From: an uncultured Candidatus Binatia bacterium
GTDB lineage: Bacteria > Desulfobacterota > Binatia > UBA9968 > JAJDTQ01
Direction of reading: 5' to 3'
Assembly (NCBI GenBank): GCA_965213675.1
Contig: OZ243916.1
Span: 704,001 to 768,000 of the forward strand
DNA: 64,000 nucleotides
Below the pieces are notes generated by a model that was not told where the DNA came from, did not search any database, and was given only the letters and a program-made list of their open reading frames with translations. A program made the translations under genes and the position numbers. Below are positions 1-10,005 of the stretch, in pieces. Position 1 is the first letter of the stretch. Every line of letters starts with the position of its first letter.

Positions 1-335
1 AACTCAAGGCCATCCTGCAGGAAGTCGTCGGCGCCAGGCCCCGTGCACACTGGCTCGAGGCCCTGAGTCGGAACGACGTGGCCAATGCCCCCATCAACCG
101 CCTCGACGAAGTGTTCGCCGACCCCCAGGTGCGGCACCTGGATCGAATCGCGGAAGTGGAACATCCCCGCCACGGCTCACTCCACACGGTGCGGAGCGGC
201 GTCAACCTGAGCGATACCCCGGCGAACGTGTCTGGCCTGCCGCCGGAGTTGGGCGAGCACACCGCGGAAATCCTGCGGGAGCTGGGCTTCAGCCAGGAAC
301 AGATCGACCAATGGGCGGCAGCGGGGACAACCTGA
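1..335 (+). CDS. Class III CoA-transferase (CaiB/BaiF family), C-terminal part, truncated by window edge
   Basis: Frame open from position 3: LKAILQEVVGARPRAHWLEALSRNDVANAPINRLDEVFADPQV...PPELGEHTAEILRELG, the typical CoA-transferase III C-terminus. Confidence 0.85.
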   Translation, partial: LKAILQEVVGARPRAHWLEALSRNDVANAPINRLDEVFADPQVRHLDRIAEVEHPRHGSLHTVRSGVNLSDTPANVSGLPPELGEHTAEILRELGFSQEQIDQWAAAGTT

Positions 336-336
336 T

Positions 337-444
337 GGGGTTGCGCGTGGAAACGCGGTCCGGCGCACACCGGCGTGTGGCGCCCGCGGCGGGGGTGGAT
401 GGGGCTCGCGTCCATTGAACCCAAGCATGTTCGCGCGCAACCCC
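337..444. repeat. Intergenic inverted repeat enclosing a GC hairpin (REP/MITE-like remnant)
   Basis: GGGGTTGCGCG (337-347) pairs with CGCGCAACCCC (434-444); internal GGCGCACAC...GTGTGGCGCC. Confidence 0.45.
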
Positions 445-478
445 GAATGATCTCGACAACGCGGAAGGAGCCCTTACC

Positions 479-1606
479 ATGGCCCGAGACGGTTTCAATA
501 TCTTCGATAGCGACATGCACGTGTTTGAGCCGCACGATCTCTACCTGAAGCACATGGATCCCAAGTGGGGCGAGCGGATTCCCAGAGGCGCGCCGCGCAC
601 ACGCCACGGACAGGTGAAGTTCACCTATGGCGACGGCACGCCGGTGCGCCTCTCCGGCATTTCGTCGCGCCCCAACGTGACCCCGGGCGAAGACAAGGTG
701 GCCCACCGTTACACGAAGCCCCTGGCCCGGGACTATGACGCGGTCTCCCAGTTGGAGGCCATGGACGAAGAAGGGCTGGACGTGGCGGTTTTGTTTCGCA
801 CCTTTCCGCTGCACACGGACGACACGCTGGAGCCGGAGTTCGCCAACGCCTTGTGCCGTGCCTGGAACGACTGGTGCGCGGAGTTTTGCAAGGAGAATCC
901 CGCGCGCCTCAAGGCCTCGGCGCTGATCACCCTTCACGATGTGGATATGGCGGTGGACGAGACCCGGCGGGCGGTGACGGAGTTGGGAGCCGTCGGATTA
1001 TGTCTCGTGCCGGAGCCAGCCAATGGCCGGCACATTCACGAGCGTCACTTCGATCCCCTGTGGCGCGAGGCGGAGCGCCTGAATGTCCCCGTCTGCTTCC
1101 ATCCGGCGGCGGCTCCGCGCATGGATCAGGTGGCGCGGCGGTTCAATGGCCTGCCCAACGAAGGACTTCTGGTCAACGCGTTCAGGAATCCCGTGGAACT
1201 CATGCTGGCGGTGGGGAGTTTTTGCGGCGGCGGGGTGCTGGAGCGCTTCCCGCGCCTCAAGGTGGCGTTCCTGGAAGGCAACTGCGCTTGGCTGCCATGG
1301 GCGCTCTACCGCCTGGACGAACGCTGGGAGTTGCGCCAGCATCTGTGCGACGAGCCCTTGTCCATGAATCCGAGCGACTATTTCATGCGCCAATGCGTCG
1401 TCGCCACGGATGTGGAGGAAGATCTGGCCGCGGACGTGGTGGCGCGGCTCGGCGACGGCAATATCGTCATCTCCACCGACTACCCCCACGCCGATTCGCG
1501 CTGGCCGGAAGCGGTGGCGAGCTTCCTCGGGATGGGCGGCCTCGGCGACGCCTCAAAGCGCAAGATCCTTTGGGACAACAGCGCGAAACTCTACGGCCTC
1601 GGGTAG
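479..1606 (+). CDS. Amidohydrolase_2 family metal-dependent hydrolase/decarboxylase
   Basis: N-terminal DSDMH, FHP, LKVAFLEGNCAWLP, STDYPHAD motifs; AAGGAG RBS upstream. Confidence 0.9.
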   Translation: MARDGFNIFDSDMHVFEPHDLYLKHMDPKWGERIPRGAPRTRHGQVKFTYGDGTPVRLSGISSRPNVTPGEDKVAHRYTKPLARDYDAVSQLEAMDEEGLDVAVLFRTFPLHTDDTLEPEFANALCRAWNDWCAEFCKENPARLKASALITLHDVDMAVDETRRAVTELGAVGLCLVPEPANGRHIHERHFDPLWREAERLNVPVCFHPAAAPRMDQVARRFNGLPNEGLLVNAFRNPVELMLAVGSFCGGGVLERFPRLKVAFLEGNCAWLPWALYRLDERWELRQHLCDEPLSMNPSDYFMRQCVVATDVEEDLAADVVARLGDGNIVISTDYPHADSRWPEAVASFLGMGGLGDASKRKILWDNSAKLYGLG

Positions 1607-1677
1607 TTGGCTCCTCGACGGCGTGACGCGGCGCCAGCGATACGCGCGGGTCCACGCAGTTGCGAAACGCGTTCCTG

Positions 1678-1771
1678 GGAGCCTGCGGGATTTGAGTCCA
1701 GGGCGGGGGCGACCGGACGGTCGCCCCCGCGGGAAATCGTCCGGTCACGGTTCTTGCGGCGCAGGCTCCTA
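1678..1771. repeat. Family-B MITE-like ends enclosing a GTAG-type REP-like palindrome
   Basis: GGAGCCTGCG (1678-1687) / CGCAGGCTCC (1760-1769), same ends as 27220-27386; internal near-perfect hairpin GCGGGGGCGACCG-GA-CGGTCGCCCCCGC (1703-1730); overlaps TAG stop of the isochorismatase gene. Confidence 0.6.
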
Positions 1772-2473
1772 TACCGCCTGCCTGAGGGGCTGCGCCTCGA
1801 AGTGCTGTTTCACTTCCGTCAGCTTCATCACGTCCGCGTATTTGTGGTGCAGGTCGAACAGGTTGACCTTGTGGGAGATGATGCTGCGGTCGAAGACGCA
1901 TTCCTCGACGATGGAGGCATGGTAGCCGTTGGAGTAGGCGTCCACCACGCTGGCGCGGACGCATCCGCTGGTGCTCTCGCCGCACACGATCAGCGAGCTT
2001 ATGCCGAGGCGGGTCAGGTGGGCGATGAGCGGCGTGCCGTAGAAGCCGCTGGCGCGTTCCTTGTAGATGATGATGTCCTCGGGCTGCGGCGCGAAGTCCT
2101 TGTAGATCTCGTAGTCGTCCGGGTTGATCCCCGTTATCTGACGGTTGGTGGCGTGCACCGATGCGGGCGCGACTTCTTTCCGCGTCTCGGTGGTGGTGTA
2201 GAAGATGGGCAACCCTTGGGCGCGCGCCAAGGCGAAGAGTTCCCTGGTGGGCTCGATGGCCTCGAACGCGTTGATGCCGCACGAACTCTTGTATTCCTTC
2301 ACCACTTCGTGAACGGGCTGGGGGCCGCCCCGATAGGCGAGGTTGTAGAGGTCGATGGCCAGCAGCGCGGGACGCTCGCCCACGAAGATCTCCCGGCGGT
2401 AGGGTTTGTAGATGTCCATGATCTCTTCGGTCACGATGTCCTGCCAGCAATGATCTTCGAATTTGTCCACCAT
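1769..2473 (-). CDS. Isochorismatase-family cysteine hydrolase (N-carbamoylsarcosine amidase / maleamate amidohydrolase-like)
   Basis: RPALLAID (Asp), YKERASGFYGT (Lys), GESTSGCVRAS (Cys); start set at MVDKFEDH after GGGAG-like RBS. Confidence 0.85.
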   Translation of the reverse strand: MVDKFEDHCWQDIVTEEIMDIYKPYRREIFVGERPALLAIDLYNLAYRGGPQPVHEVVKEYKSSCGINAFEAIEPTRELFALARAQGLPIFYTTTETRKEVAPASVHATNRQITGINPDDYEIYKDFAPQPEDIIIYKERASGFYGTPLIAHLTRLGISSLIVCGESTSGCVRASVVDAYSNGYHASIVEECVFDRSIISHKVNLFDLHHKYADVMKLTEVKQHFEAQPLRQAV

Positions 2474-2721
2474 AGGGAATCTCCCTTTCCGTGTTTGATC
2501 GAGTGTTGATACCGTTTCGGTTCCCGCGGTGTCAACCTTGCGCGGGCGTCCGGTTCGCACGCCGGCGGTTCCCGGGGAAGGACCCGGAAATGTCCGGGCT
2601 CCGGCCGCATGCCGGCGCGGGGCCGTCTTGCCCAAGGGTTCCCAATCCGGCCCGCGCGCACGGCTGCATGACGGTCGCCGAATTCGCATTTTGACGGGTT
2701 CGCGGGTAGCCTCTCCTGCCC

Positions 2722-3585
2722 ATGTGGTTCGTGCTGTCGCTCCTCTCCGCCCTGTTCCAGGTGCTGCGCAACATCTCCATGAAGCACCTGGGCCATGAGC
2801 TGGACGACATCATCAACGTGTGGGGCCGGTTCACGTTCCTGCTGCCGTTCGTGGCTCTGGGTTCGGCCTGGCACGGGTTGCCCGAGTTGGAGGACGGGTT
2901 CTGGCTCTATGCGCTCGGCTTCGGCGTCACCCAGTCCATTGCCACCCTGAGCCTCTCCAAAGCGCTCAAGCTGTCGGGCATCGCCATTGTCACCTCCCTG
3001 TGGAAGCTGAGCCTGTTGTTCCTGGTGCTGTTCGCCTACGTGACTCTCGACGAAACGCCGTCGGCCGCGGGGCTCGCGGGCGTATTGCTGAGCACCGCCG
3101 GCGTCTATCTCCTGAACGTGCAGAAGAGCCGCATTTCCGCATGGGCGCCGCTGCGTGAACTGTTCGTGGACCCGGGCTTGCGCTACACCCTGGCGGCAGC
3201 CTTCTTCTACGCGCCTTCGGTGGTGCTGGTGAAGCTGTTGATCCTCAATTCCGACGTCTACTTCGCCAACCTGGCGGGCTATCTCGTGGCCTCGCTGATG
3301 GTGCTGCCGCTGGCGCTGCGTCACTCCGCCGGCCATTTCCGCGCCATCCCCCGCCACAGGTGGTCGTTCATGGCCATGGGTCTGTGCGCGGCGCTCACCA
3401 GCATCTGCCATAGCCTGGCCTACGAACTGACCCTCACCTCCTACGTCGAGGCGGTGAAGCAGGCCGAAATCCTGTTCGCCCTGGCCGCGGGCTGGCTCGT
3501 GTTCGACGAGCGCGCGCGGGTGCGCGAGATCCTGCCCGGGAGCCTCACCATCATGGCTGGCATGGTGTTGCTGCGCTTGAGCTAG
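2722..3585 (+). CDS. EamA/DMT family transporter
   Basis: 287 aa, about 10 hydrophobic segments in two repeats. Confidence 0.85.
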   Translation: MWFVLSLLSALFQVLRNISMKHLGHELDDIINVWGRFTFLLPFVALGSAWHGLPELEDGFWLYALGFGVTQSIATLSLSKALKLSGIAIVTSLWKLSLLFLVLFAYVTLDETPSAAGLAGVLLSTAGVYLLNVQKSRISAWAPLRELFVDPGLRYTLAAAFFYAPSVVLVKLLILNSDVYFANLAGYLVASLMVLPLALRHSAGHFRAIPRHRWSFMAMGLCAALTSICHSLAYELTLTSYVEAVKQAEILFALAAGWLVFDERARVREILPGSLTIMAGMVLLRLS

Positions 3586-3746
3586 TGTGGTGTCTGGATA
3601 ATTCGGGTCATAATGTGCGGAGGATTTTTAGTTGTCGGCAAGGCGCGATGACGAGCAGTGGCGTGTACCACGCGAGGAAGAGCAACGCAGCCGACGACGA
3701 ATAAGACCCGCAGATTATGACGCGAACTAACCAGACACCACACTAG
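3582..3746 (+). mobile_element. Family-A MITE-like element, copy 1 (165 bp)
   Basis: CTAG at both ends; 39-bp terminal inverted repeats (35/39 match, first 16 perfect: CTAGTGTGGTGTCTGG); near-identical copy at 29837-30001. Confidence 0.85.
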
Positions 3747-3807
3747 GGTCGCAGGAATTCGCGATAGCGAATTTGCAGCGGTGCGTTCCTGCGGTGCAAG
3801 CTCCTGG
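3747..3807 (+). repeat. Internally deleted family-B element adjacent to family-A copy 1
   Basis: GCAGGAATTCGCGA...ATTTGCAGCGGTGCGTTCCTGCGGTGCAAGCTCC resembles the left and right arms of 27220-27386. Confidence 0.6.
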
Positions 3808-3855
3808 CCGGCGGCAATGGATCAGGATTCCCTCTGGTGGCCTTTTGCACCTTGC

Positions 3856-4488
3856 TCAGGCGTTGAACCGGCTCCAGGTCCACAGGGGGCGTTGGCGGTA
3901 CAGCCGCTCGACGTCCACCGGCACGGCGGCCCCCGCGTCCCGGAGATACCGCGCGATGGGCCGCAAGGGCATCCCCACGGCGGCGAGGTAGTCGCCCTGG
4001 ATGCGCTCGATGAAATGGTGGCCGTCGCCCTGGATGGAGTACGCGCCGGCCTTGTCCATGGATTCGCCGCGAGCCAGATAGGCGCGTATGTCGGCGTCGG
4101 TGAAACGGCGCATGCGCACGTCCACGCGCTCCAGATGCGTGACTTCGTCGCCGGTGGCGCCGTGGATGAGCGCCAGCGCGGTGAGGATCCGGTGGTCGCG
4201 CCCGGAGAATCGCTGCAGGATGGCCGCCGCGTGTTCAATGCTGTCGGGCTTGCCGATCTTCTCGCCGTCCAATTCGATCAGCGTGTCGCCGCCGACAACC
4301 AGCGCCGTGGACTCCGCGCGCGCCACCGCGCGCGCCTTGCCCAGGGCCAGATCCAGGGCCTCGGCCTCGGGGGCAAGGTGCGCACGCGGGGTTTCGACGA
4401 AATCCGGAGCGCGCACTTCGAAGGGAAGGCCGAGAAGGGCGAGGATATCGCGCCGGCGCGGCGAGGTGGACGCCAGGATGATTCGCAT
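3856..4488 (-). CDS. maf: Maf family nucleoside triphosphate pyrophosphatase (YhdE-like)
   Basis: IILASTSPRRR, GGDT, GKP, DKAGAYSIQG motifs. Confidence 0.92.
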   Translation of the reverse strand: MRIILASTSPRRRDILALLGLPFEVRAPDFVETPRAHLAPEAEALDLALGKARAVARAESTALVVGGDTLIELDGEKIGKPDSIEHAAAILQRFSGRDHRILTALALIHGATGDEVTHLERVDVRMRRFTDADIRAYLARGESMDKAGAYSIQGDGHHFIERIQGDYLAAVGMPLRPIARYLRDAGAAVPVDVERLYRQRPLWTWSRFNA

Positions 4489-4530
4489 GGGGCGGCGCGT
4501 TGGGGTGAAATGCTTGCGGGCCGAAGACTG

Positions 4531-5673
4531 TCAGATCGGTGCGTGTCCCTGGACTTCGCTGACCGATGCGACATCCATGGACGCGGCCTCTCCGCCGGCG
4601 CTGACGATGCGCGCGACTTCGGCGGCGTTGCGCGCCTGGACCATGCGCGCGCGCCATTGGGCCGCGCCACGGAAACCCTTGCAGTACCACGCCAGGTGCT
4701 TGCGCATGGCGGGGAAACGGCGCTCGCCCCACAGGTCCTCGAAGTGCCGGCTGTGCTCGAGCAACACCCGGGTGCGCTCTTCGCGAGAGATCTCGGGGGC
4801 GGCCGCGCGGAACTCGGCGCCGCGGGTCAGCGCGTCCTTGGCCCACTGCTTGTCGCGGAACACCCAGGGGTTGCCCATGGCGCCGCGCCCCAGCAGCACG
4901 CCGTCGACGCCGGTGCGGCGCACACGCTCCACGACGTCGGCCATGGATTTGAGATCGCCGTTCCCCAGCACCAGGGTGCCCGTTCCGCGCGCCAACTCCA
5001 CCACCCGGCCGATGGCATCCCAGTCCGCCAAACCCCGGTACATCTGCTTCAGCGTGCGCCCATGCACCGACAGGGCCGCCGGCCGTTCGTCCAGCAACAC
5101 CGGGATCCACTCGTCCACCTGCACCCGGTCGTAGCCCACGCGGGTCTTGACCGAGAGGGGAATGGCGCGGCGCGCGATTCCCCGCGGCTGACCTTCGCTC
5201 ATGCTTCGTATCCGCTCCAGCACCTCGGGCGCCAAGGCGAGGTCCTCCAGGCGCTGCCCCGCGGCCCAGTCCGCGATGCCGCGGCGCGCGGCGCGGATCA
5301 ACTGCACCGCCAGCTCGGGATTGAGGATGAGGCCGGCGCCGCAACCCTTGTTGGCGACGTTCCTGGCCGGACAGCCCATGTTGATGTCGAGCCCGTCGAA
5401 GCCCAACTCACAGACGACATGAGCCACCTGGTAGAAGGCCTCGGGCGTGCGTCCGTAGATCTGGGCCAGGATGGGCCGTTCGCTCTCGCCGTAGACGAAG
5501 TCGCGCACGAAGCCGTCGGCGCCGCAACAGATGGCCTCCACGCTGGTGAACTCGGTCATGCACAGGTCGGGCCGTCCGTGCCGCGCGGCCACCAGCCGGA
5601 ACGAGGCGTCGGTGACCCCGTCCATGGGCGACAGGCCGACGATGGGCTTCTCGATGCGGTTCCAGAAACTCAT
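4531..5673 (-). CDS. tRNA-dihydrouridine synthase (Dus family)
   Basis: [51 protein letters not shown]; ATG overlaps the ispG stop (ATGA). Confidence 0.92.
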   Translation of the reverse strand: MSFWNRIEKPIVGLSPMDGVTDASFRLVAARHGRPDLCMTEFTSVEAICCGADGFVRDFVYGESERPILAQIYGRTPEAFYQVAHVVCELGFDGLDINMGCPARNVANKGCGAGLILNPELAVQLIRAARRGIADWAAGQRLEDLALAPEVLERIRSMSEGQPRGIARRAIPLSVKTRVGYDRVQVDEWIPVLLDERPAALSVHGRTLKQMYRGLADWDAIGRVVELARGTGTLVLGNGDLKSMADVVERVRRTGVDGVLLGRGAMGNPWVFRDKQWAKDALTRGAEFRAAAPEISREERTRVLLEHSRHFEDLWGERRFPAMRKHLAWYCKGFRGAAQWRARMVQARNAAEVARIVSAGGEAASMDVASVSEVQGHAPI

Positions 5674-6836
5674 GAGACCGAACCCGCTCGGCCCAGGACC
5701 TCTTCCCGCTGCGCGATCATTTCGTCCAGCTCGTCCTTCAGGCGCGGCAGAATCTGGTCGTAGGGGAACGCTCCCAGCGGTTCGCTGCCGCGCTTGAGGT
5801 TGACGAACCGGGGGCCGCACCACAGGCCCAGGTCGGCGTCGTCCGTTTCGCCCGGGCCGTTGACGCGGCAGCCCATGACGGCGATGGTGATGGCATGATC
5901 GGCGGCGAAGGCGGTCACTTCCTTGACCTGCTGGGCCAACTCCACGAAGTTCTCGTTTTCGACCCGCGAACAACTCGGGCAACTGATGATGTTCAGGGAG
6001 TCGAGGCCGTAGTCGACGACGCTCCGCACCCGGCCCTGGGCAATATCGGCCAGGATCGTGCGTCCGGCCACGATCTCTTCGCTCTTGCGCGCGTTGGGCA
6101 CGGTCAAGGACACCCGGATGGTGTCGCCGATGCCGCGGCTGAGGAGCTGTTCGAAGGCGATGCGGGTCTTGATGATGCCATCCGGCGGCAATCCCGCCTC
6201 GGTCACGCCGAGATGCAGCGGCACGTCCGGGCGCTCCTCCGCGAACCGTTGGTTCACCTCGATGACCTTGGCCGGATCCGAGTCCTTGAGCGAGACGCAG
6301 TAACGCGTGTAGCCGATGCGGTCCAGCAGTTCGCAATGCTCCCAGGCGCTGGCGAGCATGGGCGAGATGGAGTCGTCTTCGGGGAACTTGTCCTGCTGCG
6401 CGGGATCCACCGAACCGCAGTTGACGCCCACGCGCATGGCGCAGTCGTGGGCGGTCGCCACCTCCGCCAGGAACCTGACCTTGTCCTGCCAGGATTTCCG
6501 GCGCTCATGGTGGTAGAGATGGCCGGGGTTGTAACGGAGCTTGTCGACGTGGGGCGCCACGGCACTGGCCAGACGGTAGTTTTCCTGGAGGTCCACGGAC
6601 AGGTTGGCATCGCTGGCGCCCCGGATGGCCGCCAGGGACGCCGCGTCCTTCTTGCTGTCCACGGCAATGCGGATCACGTCGGCTCCGGCCTCGGCCAGAT
6701 CCTTGATCTGCGCCACCGTCGCCTTGACATCCTGGGTATGGGTCGCGCACATGCTCTGGACCGCGATGGGGTGGTTGCCCCCGATGATGGCGGTGCCGAT
6801 GCGAACGATTCGAGTGGGGTTGCGTGGCAGTTTCAT
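5670..6836 (-). CDS. ispG: (E)-4-hydroxy-3-methylbut-2-enyl-diphosphate synthase
   Basis: [54 protein letters not shown] [4Fe-4S] ligands. Confidence 0.96.
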   Translation of the reverse strand: MKLPRNPTRIVRIGTAIIGGNHPIAVQSMCATHTQDVKATVAQIKDLAEAGADVIRIAVDSKKDAASLAAIRGASDANLSVDLQENYRLASAVAPHVDKLRYNPGHLYHHERRKSWQDKVRFLAEVATAHDCAMRVGVNCGSVDPAQQDKFPEDDSISPMLASAWEHCELLDRIGYTRYCVSLKDSDPAKVIEVNQRFAEERPDVPLHLGVTEAGLPPDGIIKTRIAFEQLLSRGIGDTIRVSLTVPNARKSEEIVAGRTILADIAQGRVRSVVDYGLDSLNIISCPSCSRVENENFVELAQQVKEVTAFAADHAITIAVMGCRVNGPGETDDADLGLWCGPRFVNLKRGSEPLGAFPYDQILPRLKDELDEMIAQREEVLGRAGSVS

Positions 6837-6948
6837 GAGATCGTGCGACTCCGGGGCGCGGGACCGTCGACTTCAGGCTAGCCTGAATGGCGCGTTGAAG
6901 CAACTTCGGGGTGCGCGCGGATTCCCGGCGGCCGCGCGTGGCGGCACC

Positions 6949-6977
6949 TTGATGCAGGTATGGATTCCGTCTAGGAT
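6949..6977 (+). promoter_or_regulatory. Putative sigma70 promoter of prc
   Basis: TTGATG-17 bp-TAGGAT, followed by AGGAG RBS before ATG 7002. Confidence 0.4.
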
Positions 6978-7001
6978 GGTGTTGGAAGCCAAGGAGAAAC
7001 G

Positions 7002-9110
7002 ATGAAGACCGCACGCCTGACACGACATTTCGCACCGGTGGCCGCGGCGCTGTGCCTGCTGGCATTCCTTTCGCCACTCTCCGCGTGGAGCCAGAAGGAT
7101 CCGGCCGGGACGTCCGGTGAGTTGCAGCCGAAACCGGCGCATTCGGGCATCACCGAAGAAATCCATAAACGCCTCACTCGGGTCCACTACAACGCCGTCA
7201 CCCTGAACGACGAGGTGTCGGGGCGGATTTTCGATTCCTACATCAAGGTGCTGGATCCCGCGCGACGTTATTTTTTGAACGCCGACATCCAGGAGTTCGA
7301 GCCCCTCAGGACGCAATTCGACGACATGATCGAGGAGGGGGATATCGCGGCGGCCTTCGATATATTCAACCGCTACAAGAAGCGGCGGGGCGACTATCTC
7401 CGGGACCTCGTCGGTATGCTCAAGGACGGGTTCGACCGCCTGGATTTCCACAAGGAGGAATATCTGGAGCGCACCCATACGACCTGGGCCGGCTCCGCTG
7501 CGGAGTTGCGGGAACGCTGGCGCCGGCAACTCAAGGGCGACGTGTTGAACCGCATGTTGGCGGGCGCCGAGCGTGACGAAATCCGCAAGGCGCTGCGGCA
7601 ACGGTACGAGTATCAGTTGAAGCGGTTGGGTCAGCAGACCAACGACGACGTATTCACCGTGTTCACCAACGCATACCTCCGGGCCATCGACCCGCATACG
7701 GCATATTATTCGCGTCATCAGAGCGAAAACTTCAATATTCACATGAGCCTGTCGCTGGAGGGCATCGGCGCGGTGCTCCAGGACGATGCCGGGACGGTGA
7801 AGGTGGTTCGGCTGGTTGCGGGCGGACCGGCGGACAAGGCCGGGGAGTTGCGCGCCGGAGACCGCATCGTGGGTGTGGCCCAGGGTGAGGACGGCCAGAT
7901 GGTGGACATTCTCGGCATGCGCCTCGACAAGGTGGTGACGCTGATTCGCGGCCCCAAGGAGACGACGGTCCGCCTGGAGATCATTCCCCAGACGAGCACG
8001 AACGAACAGCACAAGGTGATCCGCATCGTTCGCAACAAGGTGGATCTGGCCGACCAGGAGGCCAAGAGCCAGGTGATGGAGGTGGAAGTAGGGGAGCGAA
8101 CGGAGAAGATCGGCGTCATCCGCTTGCCCACGTTCTACGCCGACTTCGCCGCGCAGCGCGCCCGCAAGGCCGACTACAAACATACGACCCGGGACGTGAA
8201 ACGGCTGATCGCGGAGTTGCAGGATGACAGGGTCAGGGGCGTGGTGGTGGATCTGCGGAGCAACGGCGGCGGCTCTCTCAAGGAAGCCATCCAGCTCGTC
8301 GGGCTGTTCATCCGCACCGGCCCGGTGGTACAGATTCGCGACGGACGTGGAGTGATCCGGGTTCGTTCGGATACGGACCCCGACATCCTCTACGACGGAC
8401 CCCTGGTGGTGCTGGTCAACCGGCTCAGCGCCTCGGCTTCGGAGATTTTCGCGGGGGCGGTTCAGGACTACGGCCGCGGAATGGTTCTGGGGGTGCAGAC
8501 CTTCGGAAAGGGAACCGTTCAGACGGTGATGCCCATCAGCGAGGGCCATTTGAAGCTCACCCAAGCCAAGTTCTACAGGATCTCGGGGGAGAGCACACAG
8601 CACCGCGGCGTGATACCTGACATCGAATTTCCGGGCATCGTCGACAAGACGGAAGTGGGCGAGAGCGCGCTGGAACACGCCTTGACGTGGGATGTCATCG
8701 ACCGCGCGCGTTACACCGAGGTTGGGGATACTGCGCCGTTTCGCGAGGAGTTGCAGCGAAGACACCTGAAGCGCACGCAGGCCGATCCGGACTTCGCGCA
8801 CCTGATGGCGCGTATCGAACGTCTGCGGAAGGAGCGTGCCGAAACCACGGTCTCATTGAAAGAGGAAACGCGCAGGACCCGAAAGAAGAACGACGAGGTT
8901 GCTGAACTCGAAAGCGAGAACGCCCGCCGGGCCGCCAAGGGCGAGAAGCCGTTCGCCAGTTTCGCCGAACTGGTAGACTACAACGAGAAGCAGGCCGATT
9001 CCGACGACCTTCCGGAAGAGGACCCGATCCTGGAGGAGGCGGTCCACGTCCTCGCGGACTTCATCGATCTCTCCCAGCCTGCCGCGCCGGCGCCGCGCCG
9101 GGGCACATAG
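7002..9110 (+). CDS. prc: Carboxy-terminal processing protease (tail-specific protease, S41A)
   Basis: Signal peptide, DPHTAY, PDZ (GIGAVL), DLRSNGGGSL, SASASEI (Ser), TFGKGTVQ (Lys), long C-terminal domain. Confidence 0.92.
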   Translation: MKTARLTRHFAPVAAALCLLAFLSPLSAWSQKDPAGTSGELQPKPAHSGITEEIHKRLTRVHYNAVTLNDEVSGRIFDSYIKVLDPARRYFLNADIQEFEPLRTQFDDMIEEGDIAAAFDIFNRYKKRRGDYLRDLVGMLKDGFDRLDFHKEEYLERTHTTWAGSAAELRERWRRQLKGDVLNRMLAGAERDEIRKALRQRYEYQLKRLGQQTNDDVFTVFTNAYLRAIDPHTAYYSRHQSENFNIHMSLSLEGIGAVLQDDAGTVKVVRLVAGGPADKAGELRAGDRIVGVAQGEDGQMVDILGMRLDKVVTLIRGPKETTVRLEIIPQTSTNEQHKVIRIVRNKVDLADQEAKSQVMEVEVGERTEKIGVIRLPTFYADFAAQRARKADYKHTTRDVKRLIAELQDDRVRGVVVDLRSNGGGSLKEAIQLVGLFIRTGPVVQIRDGRGVIRVRSDTDPDILYDGPLVVLVNRLSASASEIFAGAVQDYGRGMVLGVQTFGKGTVQTVMPISEGHLKLTQAKFYRISGESTQHRGVIPDIEFPGIVDKTEVGESALEHALTWDVIDRARYTEVGDTAPFREELQRRHLKRTQADPDFAHLMARIERLRKERAETTVSLKEETRRTRKKNDEVAELESENARRAAKGEKPFASFAELVDYNEKQADSDDLPEEDPILEEAVHVLADFIDLSQPAAPAPRRGT

Positions 9111-9158
9111 CGGCCAGCGCGCGGTCCGCCGCCACCGGATATCCCGCGCCCCCGGCGG

Positions 9159-9947
9159 TTATTCGCCGCCGTTCACGTCCACTACCGAGCCGCTGACGAA
9201 CGAAGCCGCGTCCGAAGCCAGGAACAACGCGACCCCGGCGACCTCGTCCGGCCGGCCGTGGCGCCCCAGGGCAATGCTCTCCAGCCCCTCCGGCTCGATG
9301 CGCCCGAGGCTCGTGCCTCCAGGCCGCGGCGTGTCGATGATGCCTGGCGCCACCGCGTTGACGCGCACGTCCGGTCCCCACTGATTGGCCATGTGAAAGG
9401 TCAGGTTCATGACCGCGGCCTTGGCAGTGCCGTACGCGGCCATATTGGGCCGCTCATGCTTGGTGGAGCGGCCCGATATGGAGCCGATGTTGACGATGGC
9501 GCCCTTGCCGCGTTCCTTCATGTGCGGCACCACCGCCTTGGAACACAGGAAGGCCGTCTTGGCGTTGACGTCGTACACGCCCATGAAATCCTCGGGCGCA
9601 AGCTCCAGCAAGGGCGCCCTTTGGAATCCCGGCATCTCCGGGTTGCGGCTGTAGGAGCCGCCGGCCACGTTCAGGAGCGCGTCGATGCGGCCGAAGCGCT
9701 CCAGCGCGGCGGCCACCATCTGCTTCACCTGATCCTCCCGGGACACATCCACCGCCACGCCCGCGGCGCCCACCCCCAGGGCTTCGACTTCCGTCACCAC
9801 CGGTGGAATGGAATCCGCCGGCAGCGAGGCGATCATCACGTTGGAGCCCGCCTGGGCGAAGGCCAGCGCGCAGGCGCGGCCGATGCCGCCGCTGCCGCCG
9901 GTAATGATGGTGGTGCGTCCTTCCAGGGAAAAACGGGACAGATCCAT
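9159..9947 (-). CDS. Short-chain dehydrogenase/reductase (classical SDR)
   Basis: TGGSGGIG, NVAG, YGTAK, VNAVAPG. Confidence 0.92.
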   Translation of the reverse strand: MDLSRFSLEGRTTIITGGSGGIGRACALAFAQAGSNVMIASLPADSIPPVVTEVEALGVGAAGVAVDVSREDQVKQMVAAALERFGRIDALLNVAGGSYSRNPEMPGFQRAPLLELAPEDFMGVYDVNAKTAFLCSKAVVPHMKERGKGAIVNIGSISGRSTKHERPNMAAYGTAKAAVMNLTFHMANQWGPDVRVNAVAPGIIDTPRPGGTSLGRIEPEGLESIALGRHGRPDEVAGVALFLASDAASFVSGSVVDVNGGE

Positions 9948-10005
9948 GGTGTTTACTCCGTAGGCTTTGCCCGACTCCAGGCAGATGCCGTTGATTCAAG
10001 GGGTT

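Noticed and set aside
3643-3688. Kink-turn interpretation of the family-A GA motif
   Set aside because: The 3-nt bulge (CAA) lies 3' of the GA and is separated from it by a C:G pair, which does not fit the k-turn consensus.
3582-3807. CRISPR array or riboswitch reading of the intergenic repeats
   Set aside because: Copies are dispersed and TIR-bounded with no repeat-spacer periodicity; no cas genes; no recognisable riboswitch consensus.
7002-9110. Horizontal acquisition of prc (appears slightly less GC-rich)
   Set aside because: Impression only; no mobility genes or boundaries, and composition could not be quantified.
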